From Candidatus Woesearchaeota archaeon (lineage in GTDB: Archaea > Nanobdellota > Nanobdellia > SCGC-AAA011-G17 > GW2011-AR20): a stretch of 32,256 bases of DNA. The position numbers and the translations under genes were made by a program. Shown here piece after piece: positions 14,956 through 23,095 of the stretch. The notes under the pieces are model-generated. The model had not been told where the DNA came from. It worked only from the letters and a program-made list of their open reading frames with translations, and did no database searches. The stretch covers positions 1 to 32,256 of the forward strand of contig JAGVZC010000005.1 in NCBI GenBank assembly GCA_018302885.1, read 5' to 3'. Position 1 is the stretch's first letter, and every line of letters begins with the position of its first letter.

Positions 14956-16203
14956 TCAGCTCAAATCTTTTTGAGTCAGTATGTTAATTCTTGTTTCTCT
15001 TGGATTTACTTTTGAGCTCATAGCAATGATATATTTAATATCTGATTTCTCTGCATTTGAAGCTATCTCCCTGTCAACAAAACCATCAAAAACAACAGCA
15101 TAAGCTTTGATGTTTTTCATTGTTATTGTTAACTCAGATATAGGAACCTTTCCAAGAACATTCAGATTATTATCCAAGAAATAAGCTGCTCTTGTTCCAA
15201 CCAAATCATCAAGCAACTCCTTGAATTTTTTATTTTCAACAGGAGATGTGCTTGTAACTGCCTGTTTTGAAGGTTGAGATGCAGTATGAGAAATTCTGCT
15301 TACTTCATGCCTTTTTGGAACAAATCTGCTTGAGTTGCTGCTTTTGTTTGAATCTTCATCCTTAATCTTGGCTATTTCCATCTTTATCTGTTCAATAGCC
15401 ACCTTGCTTCTCAATGCTTTATGAACTTCTTTCTTTGTTATTTCCTCAACTTCTTTTCCATCCGGTGCTTTTGCAACATAATCTATTTCAACACCAGCAT
15501 CAACCAACCCCCTTATAATAAGATCTCCTCCCCTGTCTCCATCAACAAACAGAGTAAGCACTTTCTTTTTACCTAGAAATTTAATTGTATCCGGAATTGA
15601 AGTTCCATTTAAAGCAATAGCATTCTTAATTCCCTGTTTTAAAAGATTAAGAACATCTGCTCTCCCCTCTACAACTATAATTTCCTCAGATTCGTCAATT
15701 GCAGGACCAGAAGCAAGCCTTTCCCTGCCATATTCTGTGATTTCCATCATCCTTACAGATTGCGCCACCTGATCCGTAATATCCTGTGAATCAGGCAATA
15801 CTTTTGATGTCAAATCTCTAAGCAATTCCTTTGCCCTTTCTATAACCTGATTTCTCTTTGAAACCCTGACATCTTCTATTAATTTAACATTTACCTTAGA
15901 ATCGCATGGACCTATTCTCTGAATAGTTTCAAGAGAAGCTCCAATTATGGCTGTTTCAGCCTTATCCAAAGAACTTGGAATTATAATTTCACCACGGGTT
16001 TTTCCAGATCTAGTCTCAATTTTTACTTCAATTCTGCCTATTCTTCCAGACCTTTGTAATTCCCTTAATTCCAATTCACTGCCCAATAAACCTTCAGTCT
16101 GTCCAAAAACAGCTCCAATTACATCGGGCTTGTCAACCACCCCTTCTATAAAAATATCAGTATGTATAATATACTTAGCTACTACTGGGCTAATTTTTCC
16201 CAT
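14956..16203 (-). CDS. dnaG: Archaeal DnaG primase (TOPRIM; exosome-associated)
   Basis: The N-terminus AKYIIHTDIFIEGVVDKPDVIGAVFGQTEGLLG is typical of archaeal DnaG, and TOPRIM is present (IIVVEGRADVLNL...FVDGDRGGDLI). AGGAGG lies upstream of the ATG. Confidence 0.9.
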   Translation of the reverse strand: MGKISPVVAKYIIHTDIFIEGVVDKPDVIGAVFGQTEGLLGSELELRELQRSGRIGRIEVKIETRSGKTRGEIIIPSSLDKAETAIIGASLETIQRIGPCDSKVNVKLIEDVRVSKRNQVIERAKELLRDLTSKVLPDSQDITDQVAQSVRMMEITEYGRERLASGPAIDESEEIIVVEGRADVLNLLKQGIKNAIALNGTSIPDTIKFLGKKKVLTLFVDGDRGGDLIIRGLVDAGVEIDYVAKAPDGKEVEEITKKEVHKALRSKVAIEQIKMEIAKIKDEDSNKSSNSSRFVPKRHEVSRISHTASQPSKQAVTSTSPVENKKFKELLDDLVGTRAAYFLDNNLNVLGKVPISELTITMKNIKAYAVVFDGFVDREIASNAEKSDIKYIIAMSSKVNPRETRINILTQKDLS

Positions 16204-16360
16204 TTTATCCTCCTATAAGAACAAGCCAATATTTATTACACCAGTAACCTTATTTTTTCATTTTTTGGTGTTTTTTCATTTTTTGAGTCAAAATCTTTGA
16301 TTTTTGTGAAAATAATAATGATCGGCTTTGTTCTTTGTTTTTAAGTTAATTATTAATATT

Positions 16361-16437
16361 TGTAGCCCGCAACACTAACTCCCAAATTCATTGTCATCGC
16401 CATTGGCTTACTCCATTGAGTATTCTCATGGCGGGCT
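16361..16437 (-). ncRNA. Candidate small structured RNA, possibly an H/ACA-like guide RNA
   Basis: A 7-bp terminal stem AGCCCGC/GCGGGCU encloses about 60 nt that contain CGAUGA. On the minus strand the stem is followed immediately by ACA. TTTAAATA lies about 26 nt upstream on the minus strand. It is relatively GC-rich and has no ORF. I could not fold a convincing pseudouridylation pocket by hand. Confidence 0.3.
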
Positions 16438-16458
16438 TAATTATATATAGAATAATGG

Positions 16459-16466
16459 TATTTAAA
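16459..16466 (-). promoter_or_regulatory. TATA box TTTAAATA (minus strand), about 26 nt upstream of the candidate sRNA 5' end
   Basis: Motif plus spacing to 16437. Confidence 0.35.
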
Positions 16467-16475
16467 CTTAACTGT

Positions 16476-16955
16476 TTACAATTTCATGACATTGAGATAC
16501 GCTTTTATCTCATCAAATAAGGAATAAGCCTCTTTTTTTACCTGATCTCCAAATCTATTAAATTCATATTTCTTGGTTGTATAATCAAATAATTCCCTGA
16601 AGAATTTTATAATTGGCTTTCCTTCATAATAATCCCTAAAGTCTTTATTGATTTTTGCCTCTATCTCAACCTCAAACTTTCCTGAAAAAGCATCTCTTTT
16701 GTTTAATTTTATTTTTTTCAGCCCTGAACCCTTGACAGTCACTTCAATCTGAAACTGAACATAGTCGTTTATATTCTGTGTTGCCTCCCATTTCATTTTC
16801 AGGGAGCCTTTTTCAGAATAATTGTGCTCTTTTTCATCAATATCGTATCTTTTATCAGTTAAGAAATCCTTGATTAACTTATAAATTTCCTTAACATCCA
16901 AATTTCCCTCATATTTTATGAATATTGGGGAAAGCACCCTGTCAACTTCTGTCAT
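16476..16955 (-). CDS. Uncharacterised ~160-aa protein, paralogue 1 of 3 in tandem
   Basis: It shares its layout with the two upstream ORFs: I.YEG...Y..IK.(F/W)L....Y...E, then W.A.....DYV.F.IEV, then G.FEV.I.A, then a helical C-terminus. Confidence 0.6.
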   Translation of the reverse strand: MTEVDRVLSPIFIKYEGNLDVKEIYKLIKDFLTDKRYDIDEKEHNYSEKGSLKMKWEATQNINDYVQFQIEVTVKGSGLKKIKLNKRDAFSGKFEVEIEAKINKDFRDYYEGKPIIKFFRELFDYTTKKYEFNRFGDQVKKEAYSLFDEIKAYLNVMKL

Positions 16956-16992
16956 GTTTATTCATTAATCCGTATTTTAATAAATGTTTTGA

Positions 16993-17487
16993 TTAATCCC
17001 TCAATCCCAAAAGACTTTTGACATAAGAGTGAAAAGATGTTGATTTTTTATAAAGCTCTTCTAAATACAAATCAATTCTCTTTCTTATGAAAAAATCCAA
17101 GTATAATTTCTGCAATCCCTTAAGCTGGTTCCATTTTTCTGTACTTGTAATATATGAACTAACCCTGACTTCAAAAGTTCCTTTCTGCATTTTTCTCTTG
17201 GAGCCATCCTCCTGCTGAACTTCAATGTCACTCATATTTAAAATCAGAATGGTCATATCTATATGATAATCAAAGAATTCCGATTTTGATTTTTTTGATT
17301 CCCATGCTATTTCAACCTGTTTTTTTCCTTCTGGCTTTGCTCTCTCAATATATTTTTTTTCAAGACTTCTTTCCTTTGCATAACCGTTGTCCTGCAGCCA
17401 CAATTTAAGATATTTGTAAAATTCCGGGAAATCAGTGATTCCTTCCCATTTTATCTTCTGTTTATGTAAAAGATCTATTCTTATCAT
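16993..17487 (-). CDS. Uncharacterised ~160-aa protein, paralogue 2 of 3
   Basis: Same conserved layout (KIKWEG...FYKYLKLWLQDNGY...IAWES...GTFEVRV...YVKSLLGL). It shares an ATGA overlap with paralogue 3. Confidence 0.6.
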   Translation of the reverse strand: MIRIDLLHKQKIKWEGITDFPEFYKYLKLWLQDNGYAKERSLEKKYIERAKPEGKKQVEIAWESKKSKSEFFDYHIDMTILILNMSDIEVQQEDGSKRKMQKGTFEVRVSSYITSTEKWNQLKGLQKLYLDFFIRKRIDLYLEELYKKSTSFHSYVKSLLGLRD

Positions 17488-17966
17488 TCTATAAGTCCAA
17501 GCGTGGATTTTATATATGAATTTAATTCCATCATTTCATCATATGCCTTTACCCAATAATAAGTCAGTATTTTTTTCTTTAATATAACATTATTATAAAT
17601 GTAAAACAGGAAGGGAAGAAGAGTCCAATTACCCTTATAATCAAAAGTCATAAAGCACCTTATAGTTATCCTTGCCTCTCCAGAATATCCTTTGCTTAAT
17701 TTTTTCACTTTTTTTATTTCATCAAAATCAACTTCAAAATCAAACCTTACGTAATCATCAATTTCCCTTTGTGCGAGCATCTTTATAATCAAAGTGTTTC
17801 CCTGTGGCTTGTTTTTCTCTGTATTTTCACTTTCATAATAATCATACTTATGGCTAACAAACCAGGATTTTACACCTTTGTACAAAGCATCTATATCAAT
17901 TATTCCATCATACCTTATAATTATTCCGTTTGATGGATGTATACTCTCTTTCTTTTTTATAACCAT
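17484..17966 (-). CDS. Uncharacterised ~160-aa protein, paralogue 3 of 3
   Basis: Same layout (IIRYDG...LYKGVKSWFVSHKY...DDYVRFDFEV...YIKSTLGL). It also has a hydrophobic stretch, WTLLPFLFYIY. Confidence 0.6.
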   Translation of the reverse strand: MVIKKKESIHPSNGIIIRYDGIIDIDALYKGVKSWFVSHKYDYYESENTEKNKPQGNTLIIKMLAQREIDDYVRFDFEVDFDEIKKVKKLSKGYSGEARITIRCFMTFDYKGNWTLLPFLFYIYNNVILKKKILTYYWVKAYDEMMELNSYIKSTLGLIE

Positions 17967-17998
17967 TATAGAAATAAGTTAATATTAGTATAAAAATG

Positions 17999-18433
17999 TT
18001 ACATTTTTTGAGGTGAATTTTTTATATCTATCATATCCATAGTTAATTCAAAAAGTGTCGGCTGTATTGCCAGAATATCCTTTAAGGTTATTAAGCCTAT
18101 AACTCTTTCATTCACCATTACCGGCAGCCTTCTGATATTTTCCCTGTTCATTAAGGTGATAGCATCATAAATATCCTTTTCAGGGGTTATTGTTATTATC
18201 CTTGTTGTCATAATCTGTTTTACTTTTGTTGTTTTTGGATCAATCCCCATTGATATCATCCTTACCAAGTCCCTTTCAGTCAGAAAACCAAGAAGTTTTT
18301 CATTCTCCTTTACCAATAGGCTTCCTACATGCTTGTCAAGCATAATTTTTGTACAGTTTGTTATATTTTCATCTGGAGAAACAGATACCGGCTTTTTTGT
18401 CATAGCATCCATAACACTAACACCTATTTTCAT
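17999..18433 (-). CDS. CBS-domain pair protein
   Basis: Two CBS repeats are visible (MTKKPVSVSPDENI...HVGSLLV and IMTTRIITITPEKDIYDAITLM...IRRLPVM). Confidence 0.8.
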   Translation of the reverse strand: MKIGVSVMDAMTKKPVSVSPDENITNCTKIMLDKHVGSLLVKENEKLLGFLTERDLVRMISMGIDPKTTKVKQIMTTRIITITPEKDIYDAITLMNRENIRRLPVMVNERVIGLITLKDILAIQPTLFELTMDMIDIKNSPQKM

Positions 18434-18534
18434 AATGTTTTTTATAGTAATGCAATTTAATAAATAAATCTATAAATTAAAATAGTTAAAGAAATATCAA
18501 AATATTTAAAAATTAATTCATTGGAGAGTTAAAT

Positions 18535-18723
18535 ATGGACAAAGAAAGGATTTTTATCATAAAATTTCTGCTGGACAAGGGAAATATAAAGACACAGATA
18601 CATACAAAGAATATAAGCCCTCAGGAAGCCATTGGCTTGCTTGAAACTGCAAAAGACCAGATACTTGAGAATGTGAGAAAAGGAAGAAAGGAAATTTTCA
18701 AAAGTTCAAAAAAAGATGAATGA
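18535..18723 (+). CDS. Small hypothetical protein (62 aa)
   Basis: The ORF overlaps the HIT gene start by 8 nt. I recognise no motif. Confidence 0.35.
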   Translation: MDKERIFIIKFLLDKGNIKTQIHTKNISPQEAIGLLETAKDQILENVRKGRKEIFKSSKKDE

Positions 18724-19129
18724 CTGCGTTTTTTGTAAGATTGTTGAAGGAAAATTGCCGAGCTATAAAATTTATGAGGATAAAGATGTCCTGGCTTTTC
18801 TCGATATAAAACCGGTTCATCTTGGGCATACTTTAATAATTCCAAAGAAACATTCTGAAACTATTCTGGATACTGAAGAAAAAATTCTGAAAAAGCTGAT
18901 AGTGGTTACAAAAAAAATATCCAAGGCAATGTATGAATCTTTAAAGTTAGACGGGTTCAATATTGGAATAAACCAATTTGAGGCAGGCAACCAGATAGTG
19001 CCTCACCTGCATATTCATATAACACCAAGGTACAAGGATGATAATTTCAAGTTATGGCCTTCAAGAGAATATAGGTCTGAAAAAGAAAGAAAAGAAATTC
19101 AGGAAAAAATAACAAAACTTTTAAAATAA
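18716..19129 (+). CDS. HIT-family (histidine triad) nucleotide hydrolase/transferase
   Basis: Contains CVFCKIVEGKLPSYKIYEDKDVLAFLDI and the triad VPHLHIHITPR. Confidence 0.9.
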   Translation: MNDCVFCKIVEGKLPSYKIYEDKDVLAFLDIKPVHLGHTLIIPKKHSETILDTEEKILKKLIVVTKKISKAMYESLKLDGFNIGINQFEAGNQIVPHLHIHITPRYKDDNFKLWPSREYRSEKERKEIQEKITKLLK

Positions 19130-19151
19130 TTCCATTTTACTATTTCTATAT

Positions 19152-19224
19152 GCCTCTGTAGCTCAGTTGGTAGAGCATCGCTTTCATGCGGCGAGGGTCG
19201 AGGGTTCGAATCCCTTCGGAGGCA
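19152..19224 (+). tRNA. tRNA with CAT anticodon (elongator Met, or Ile2 if C34 is modified)
   Basis: A 73-nt canonical cloverleaf: GCCTCTG / TA / GCTC-AGTTGGTA-GAGC / A / TCGCT-TTCATGC-GGCGA / GGGTC / GAGGG-TTCGAAT-CCCTT / CGGAGGC / A. The G1-C72 pair argues against an archaeal initiator. Confidence 0.9.
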
Positions 19225-19228
19225 TTAA

Positions 19229-20935
19229 TTATTTTTCAATTCTTGGATGCTTATGCCCTTCTCTGATTCTTTCCTTAAGATGATCTATCTGGTATCTTGA
19301 TTCTTTCAGATAATTCTTCTTATTAACACCATTCCTTTCTATCATCTTAGAGACATATTCTCCACCAAGGAAATGAGGCATAATCACATAGTCTGCGTCA
19401 GCCTTGTACAAAGTTAGTGAATCATCTATTGAATGGGAAGTAACCATTATAACAACATCTGGATTTTTCCTTTTTATCTCTTTTATTATTAAGGAATTAG
19501 TTTCTATTTTAGGGATTGTGGATATAACAATTTTTAGTTTGCTCAGGTTTAAATCATTGAATAATTCTATGTCATCTGCATCTCCATATATGCAGTTTTT
19601 GCCTTTCTTTGTCAAATCAATAATAACTTCAGGGTCAAAATCTATTACAACATATTTAATTTTTAACTTATCAAAAGTCTTCAAAATGTTAAATCCTATT
19701 CTGTTATAACCAAACAAAACAGATTCATAACTTTTTTTAATTTTAGTATTATCCTTTAACCTTCCTTTTTTTTCAAAAATGTTTAGGTGTTTTGAAATTA
19801 AAGGATATATCTTATCAGCATAGATTATCATGTAAGTTGATCCGGTAATTGTTATAAGACCAACCAATGTTACCAAGGAAAGAATTTCCTGAGATAAATG
19901 GCCAATGCTGACTCCTAGAGAAATCAAAATCAAAGAGAATTCTGATATCTGAGCCACAGTCAAACCAGCAAGGAAACCATTTCTTTTTGTAAATCCCAAC
20001 AGACCCATCAGCACCATCACAATCAACGGATTTCCAATTAGAATAAACAAAGAGAAGATTATTGCCGGAAGCAATATGCTGGGAATATTTGAAAGATGCA
20101 TTTGACTGCCTAAAATTATGAAGAATATTATTATGAAAAAATCTCTTAATGGCTTTACTTTGTAAGCAATTTCCATCTTATATGAGGACATGGACAATCC
20201 TATACCTGCCAGTAATGCCCCTATTTCTATTGAGAAACCAAAATAAAAAAACAAGGAAGCAATAAAGAAACACCATCCTATTGAAAACAAAAATAAAAGC
20301 TCCTGATTTTTTGCAATTTGTTTTGTTATCTTAGGCAGAATATAAAGACTTAAAACCCATATTAAAATTATAAGAAAAATTCCTTTTAGCACATTGAATG
20401 CCAGAATACCAACACCCAAATCCTCTGAAAGCAATGGTATAAACATCAGTATGAGTATTGCAACCAAATCCTGAACAATAAGGAACCCTATTGATATCTT
20501 CCCATACAGGGAATCTAAGTCATCCTTATCAGAAAGAAGTTTCATAATAATAATTGTGCTTGAAAATGTAAGCGCAACTGAAATATACAATGCCTCTGTC
20601 GTTGAAAAACCAAGATATAAGGATATAAAAAATCCGATAACCGAGGTGAATATTATCTGCCCAATCCCAGTTACCGTCGCCACAATACCTATTTCTTTTA
20701 TTACCTTAGGATTCAGATTTAAACCAACAAGAAACAGAAGAAATGCAATTCCAATTTTTGAAAAAATTTGAGTAATCTCATTGAATGTAACAAAATCTAC
20801 AAAGAATGAAGTCACTAAAACCCCAGTTAAGATATAAGCAATTATCAATGGTTGTTTAAGGGTATTCGCAATAATGCTTGTAACTAGCGCTAGAAGAATT
20901 ATAAAAGTTAATTCAATGAATAACTCCTGAACCAT
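19229..20935 (-). CDS. Monovalent cation:proton antiporter (CPA2/Kef-type) with a C-terminal RCK/TrkA-N domain
   Basis: About 12 TM helices of the Na+/H+ exchanger type, then VLFGYNRIGFNILKTF...VVIDFD, a Rossmann-like RCK domain. Confidence 0.85.
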   Translation of the reverse strand: MVQELFIELTFIILLALVTSIIANTLKQPLIIAYILTGVLVTSFFVDFVTFNEITQIFSKIGIAFLLFLVGLNLNPKVIKEIGIVATVTGIGQIIFTSVIGFFISLYLGFSTTEALYISVALTFSSTIIIMKLLSDKDDLDSLYGKISIGFLIVQDLVAILILMFIPLLSEDLGVGILAFNVLKGIFLIILIWVLSLYILPKITKQIAKNQELLFLFSIGWCFFIASLFFYFGFSIEIGALLAGIGLSMSSYKMEIAYKVKPLRDFFIIIFFIILGSQMHLSNIPSILLPAIIFSLFILIGNPLIVMVLMGLLGFTKRNGFLAGLTVAQISEFSLILISLGVSIGHLSQEILSLVTLVGLITITGSTYMIIYADKIYPLISKHLNIFEKKGRLKDNTKIKKSYESVLFGYNRIGFNILKTFDKLKIKYVVIDFDPEVIIDLTKKGKNCIYGDADDIELFNDLNLSKLKIVISTIPKIETNSLIIKEIKRKNPDVVIMVTSHSIDDSLTLYKADADYVIMPHFLGGEYVSKMIERNGVNKKNYLKESRYQIDHLKERIREGHKHPRIEK

Positions 20936-20999
20936 TAATATTTAAAATAAATCATCCTTTAAATTTGTTTTGGAGATTGTAAAAAGAAAAAGAAAATAA

Positions 21000-21352
21000 T
21001 TATTTCTTTCCAAGAGTAATTTCAATTGTGGAAACTCTTACCTGCTTCCCTTCCTTGTTTTCAAACTCTTCTGAATCTATCCTTATGTCTTTTATGTTTA
21101 TTGTCCCTTCCAAGAATCTCTTTGCTGCAACTTCTGCAACATCAACTGCTCTTGCAATGAATTTTCCTCTTGCTTTTATAATCACTTCGGGTGCTCCTTG
21201 CGTGGTTACCTGCATAACAACACCTGTTACATAACTGATGTTGGCAAAGAATTAACTTACGCCAAATTCATAAACGGCTTATTGCCTATGAACACAATGT
21301 TGTCTTTTGCATTCCTTGGAGCATTTTTGTCTTTGTAGTTTTCGTCTTTCAT
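21000..21352 (-). CDS. albA: Chromatin protein Alba, coding sequence interrupted by a 32-nt intervening sequence
   Basis: Exon 1 (21352..21266) reads MKDENYKDKNAPRNAKDNIVFIGNKPFMN and exon 2 (21233..21000) reads YVTGVVMQVTTQGAPEVIIKARGKFIARAVDVAEV...RVSTIEITLGKK. Joined, they give a full-length Alba with the conserved IGxKPxMNYV block. GGGGG lies upstream of ATG 21352. Confidence 0.8.
21234..21265 (-). other. Putative bulge-helix-bulge intron within the alba mRNA (32 nt; register ambiguous by 1 nt)
   Basis: The stem is UUGGC (21265-21261) / GCCAA (21245-21241). The 3-nt bulges are AAU (21268-21266) and AGU (21236-21234). A central helix, UAUG (21272-21269) paired with CAUC (21240-21237), has 3 Watson-Crick pairs plus one U-C. 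Removal changes the frame by exactly the amount needed. Confidence 0.6.
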
Positions 21353-21368
21353 TTTTGTTTCCCCCTAG

Positions 21369-21560
21369 TTATTTTTGTTGTTTTTTTACTAAATTGATAA
21401 TATAACCACTTATAACATTCCTTAATTTCTTAGAATTTATCTGTGCAATTTCATCAACTGCTTTCTTGTTTTTACTAAAATCCCTGCTAAATTTGCCTTT
21501 ATTCTTCTCATAAATCTTAACGCCAGTGGTTTTTACAAATGTTGTACGTATTCTACCCAT
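21369..21560 (-). CDS. rps17e: Ribosomal protein eS17 (S17e)
   Basis: Contains MGRIRTTFVKTTG...SKKLRNVISGYI, the S17e signature. Confidence 0.9.
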   Translation of the reverse strand: MGRIRTTFVKTTGVKIYEKNKGKFSRDFSKNKKAVDEIAQINSKKLRNVISGYIINLVKKQQK

Positions 21561-21583
21561 GATGATTTAAGCTTAGAATAAAG

Positions 21584-21592
21584 CTATTTAAG
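21584..21592 (-). promoter_or_regulatory. TATA-like CTTAAATAG (minus strand), about 26 nt upstream of the rps17e ATG
   Basis: The motif and spacing to 21560 imply a leaderless rps17e-alba transcript. Confidence 0.4.
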
Positions 21593-22471
21593 CTTTTCGA
21601 AGATTAAAAAATTCTCTTCAACATAATTTTGTGCCTTTTTTGTCAAATCTCCTGAAGATACAAAGTACAATGGCAATTTCTTTGACTCATTATGCGCTGT
21701 TATTAAATCAGAATCTGATATTTTTTTCTTATCCTTGAATTTTATGAAAATTTTGACTAATCCCAAGTCGGAATTCATTTCTCCCTTAAAATTTATCTCT
21801 TTCTTGTTTACCTGAAATTTGTCTGTAATATTAATTTTCTTCTCATTGAAGAAGTTTTCAAGTTCTCCCAAATCAATCTCTTTTTTTAGGACCTCCTGCT
21901 TCTCTTTTTTTGGTTTTTCAACTTTCTTTAATTTCTGAGGCTCTATCTTATCTTCATGTTCCTTTATTTCTGGTTCTTTTATTTCTGGTTCTGCTTTTTC
22001 CGGCTCTATTTTCTTTTCTTCCACTATTCCAAGAATCTTTTTTATAATGGATTCAGCTTCGCTGTCTGAAGTCAAATACCATTTCCAGAATATCTCTCCA
22101 CTTGTTAAATTAAGCATAACTGCAAAATCCTTTAATTCTCTCAGAGCAACTCTCTGCCAAGGCTCCAGTTCATTATCCTTCAAAATAACATTCTTTTTTA
22201 AAAGATCGTAAGCTCTTTTGTAAATTTCCTTTAGGTGAGGGTATAAAACCTGCGACAGTTTATATTCCTGCCCTTGAATATAATATACAGGAGATCCACC
22301 AATTTTTGCAGTACTTATAAAAATTTTTTTATTTGCAATAAGTTCAGAGAGAACCGCACCAGAAAAAATCATATTTTCATTTATTTGCTTTGAAATCTGC
22401 ACGGGCAATGAAGGGCCGTTTCTTTGAATAAAAGACAATATTTTAGATTTTATTTCCGGAACATTTGGCAT
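21584..22471 (-). CDS. Hypothetical protein with an N-terminal tandem winged-helix-like region, a P/E/K repeat linker and an unknown C-terminal domain
   Basis: ILSFIQRNGPSLPVQISKQIN...KIGGSPVYYIQGQ looks like a wHTH. The linker is EPEKAEPEIKEPEIKEHEDKIEPQ. I could not assign a family. Confidence 0.4.
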   Translation of the reverse strand: MPNVPEIKSKILSFIQRNGPSLPVQISKQINENMIFSGAVLSELIANKKIFISTAKIGGSPVYYIQGQEYKLSQVLYPHLKEIYKRAYDLLKKNVILKDNELEPWQRVALRELKDFAVMLNLTSGEIFWKWYLTSDSEAESIIKKILGIVEEKKIEPEKAEPEIKEPEIKEHEDKIEPQKLKKVEKPKKEKQEVLKKEIDLGELENFFNEKKINITDKFQVNKKEINFKGEMNSDLGLVKIFIKFKDKKKISDSDLITAHNESKKLPLYFVSSGDLTKKAQNYVEENFLIFEKLK

Positions 22472-22516
22472 AATCTCTTAGAATTTGTTTAATATAAAAG
22501 GATTATTGTAATTAAG

Positions 22517-23047
22517 TCAAGGTTTGGTCCAAGCCACATTATAATAGGTTACATCTGATTCTGAATCTACAATTCCAATAAGCAAACTTTTTCTTGTTGA
22601 ATGAGCTACCCTGTTCATTGCACTGAAAGAATGCCATGTTAATCCTTTTGATTCTGAAACTGGAAATAAAATCCATTTTGCATGATCTTCTCCAGGCTTG
22701 ACCCCCCTGTCATAAACCCTGAAATCAGCCCCAAATTTCAATGCTGTTTTTACAATATACCCCCTGTTTCTCATATCCCTGAAAACAATATATCTTTCCA
22801 AAAAATTCTTTTCCTTTTTTGAAGCTTCCCTCATAAATTCATCTTTTTTGATTGATTTTTTTTCCTCTTTAACTGCTAATTTATTTTTTTCAATCAAGTA
22901 AAGGGCCTCAACCAGCATATATTGTATTTTATTATCGATTATTTCACCAAATCTTGATTTAGAATAAAGCTCTTTAGCCTGCCCTTTATTTTCTGCAATT
23001 ACTATCTTACCCAAAAATGAAGCACTAATTTTCTTTTCTGAAACCAT
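22517..23047 (-). CDS. endA: tRNA-splicing (BHB) endonuclease EndA, short homotetramer-size form
   Basis: Contains LVEALYLIEKNKL, YIVFRDMRNRGYIVKTALKFGADFRVYDRG and RVAHSTRKSLLIGIVDSESDVTYYNVAWTKP. It closely parallels Methanocaldococcus EndA, including the Tyr/His/Lys catalytic positions. Confidence 0.9.
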   Translation of the reverse strand: MVSEKKISASFLGKIVIAENKGQAKELYSKSRFGEIIDNKIQYMLVEALYLIEKNKLAVKEEKKSIKKDEFMREASKKEKNFLERYIVFRDMRNRGYIVKTALKFGADFRVYDRGVKPGEDHAKWILFPVSESKGLTWHSFSAMNRVAHSTRKSLLIGIVDSESDVTYYNVAWTKP

Positions 23048-23095
23048 GCTCTAAATAAAGAAAAGTTATTTAAAATAGTTTTGGTTCAGAATATT

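Noticed and set aside
15947-16300. 117-aa + strand ORF opposite the dnaG N-terminus
   Set aside because: It is the antisense shadow of a strongly conserved DnaG region.
16364-16437. tRNA interpretation of the 74-nt element with a 7-bp terminal stem
   Set aside because: No T-loop (GTTCRANYC) and no D-arm or anticodon-arm geometry is present on either strand.
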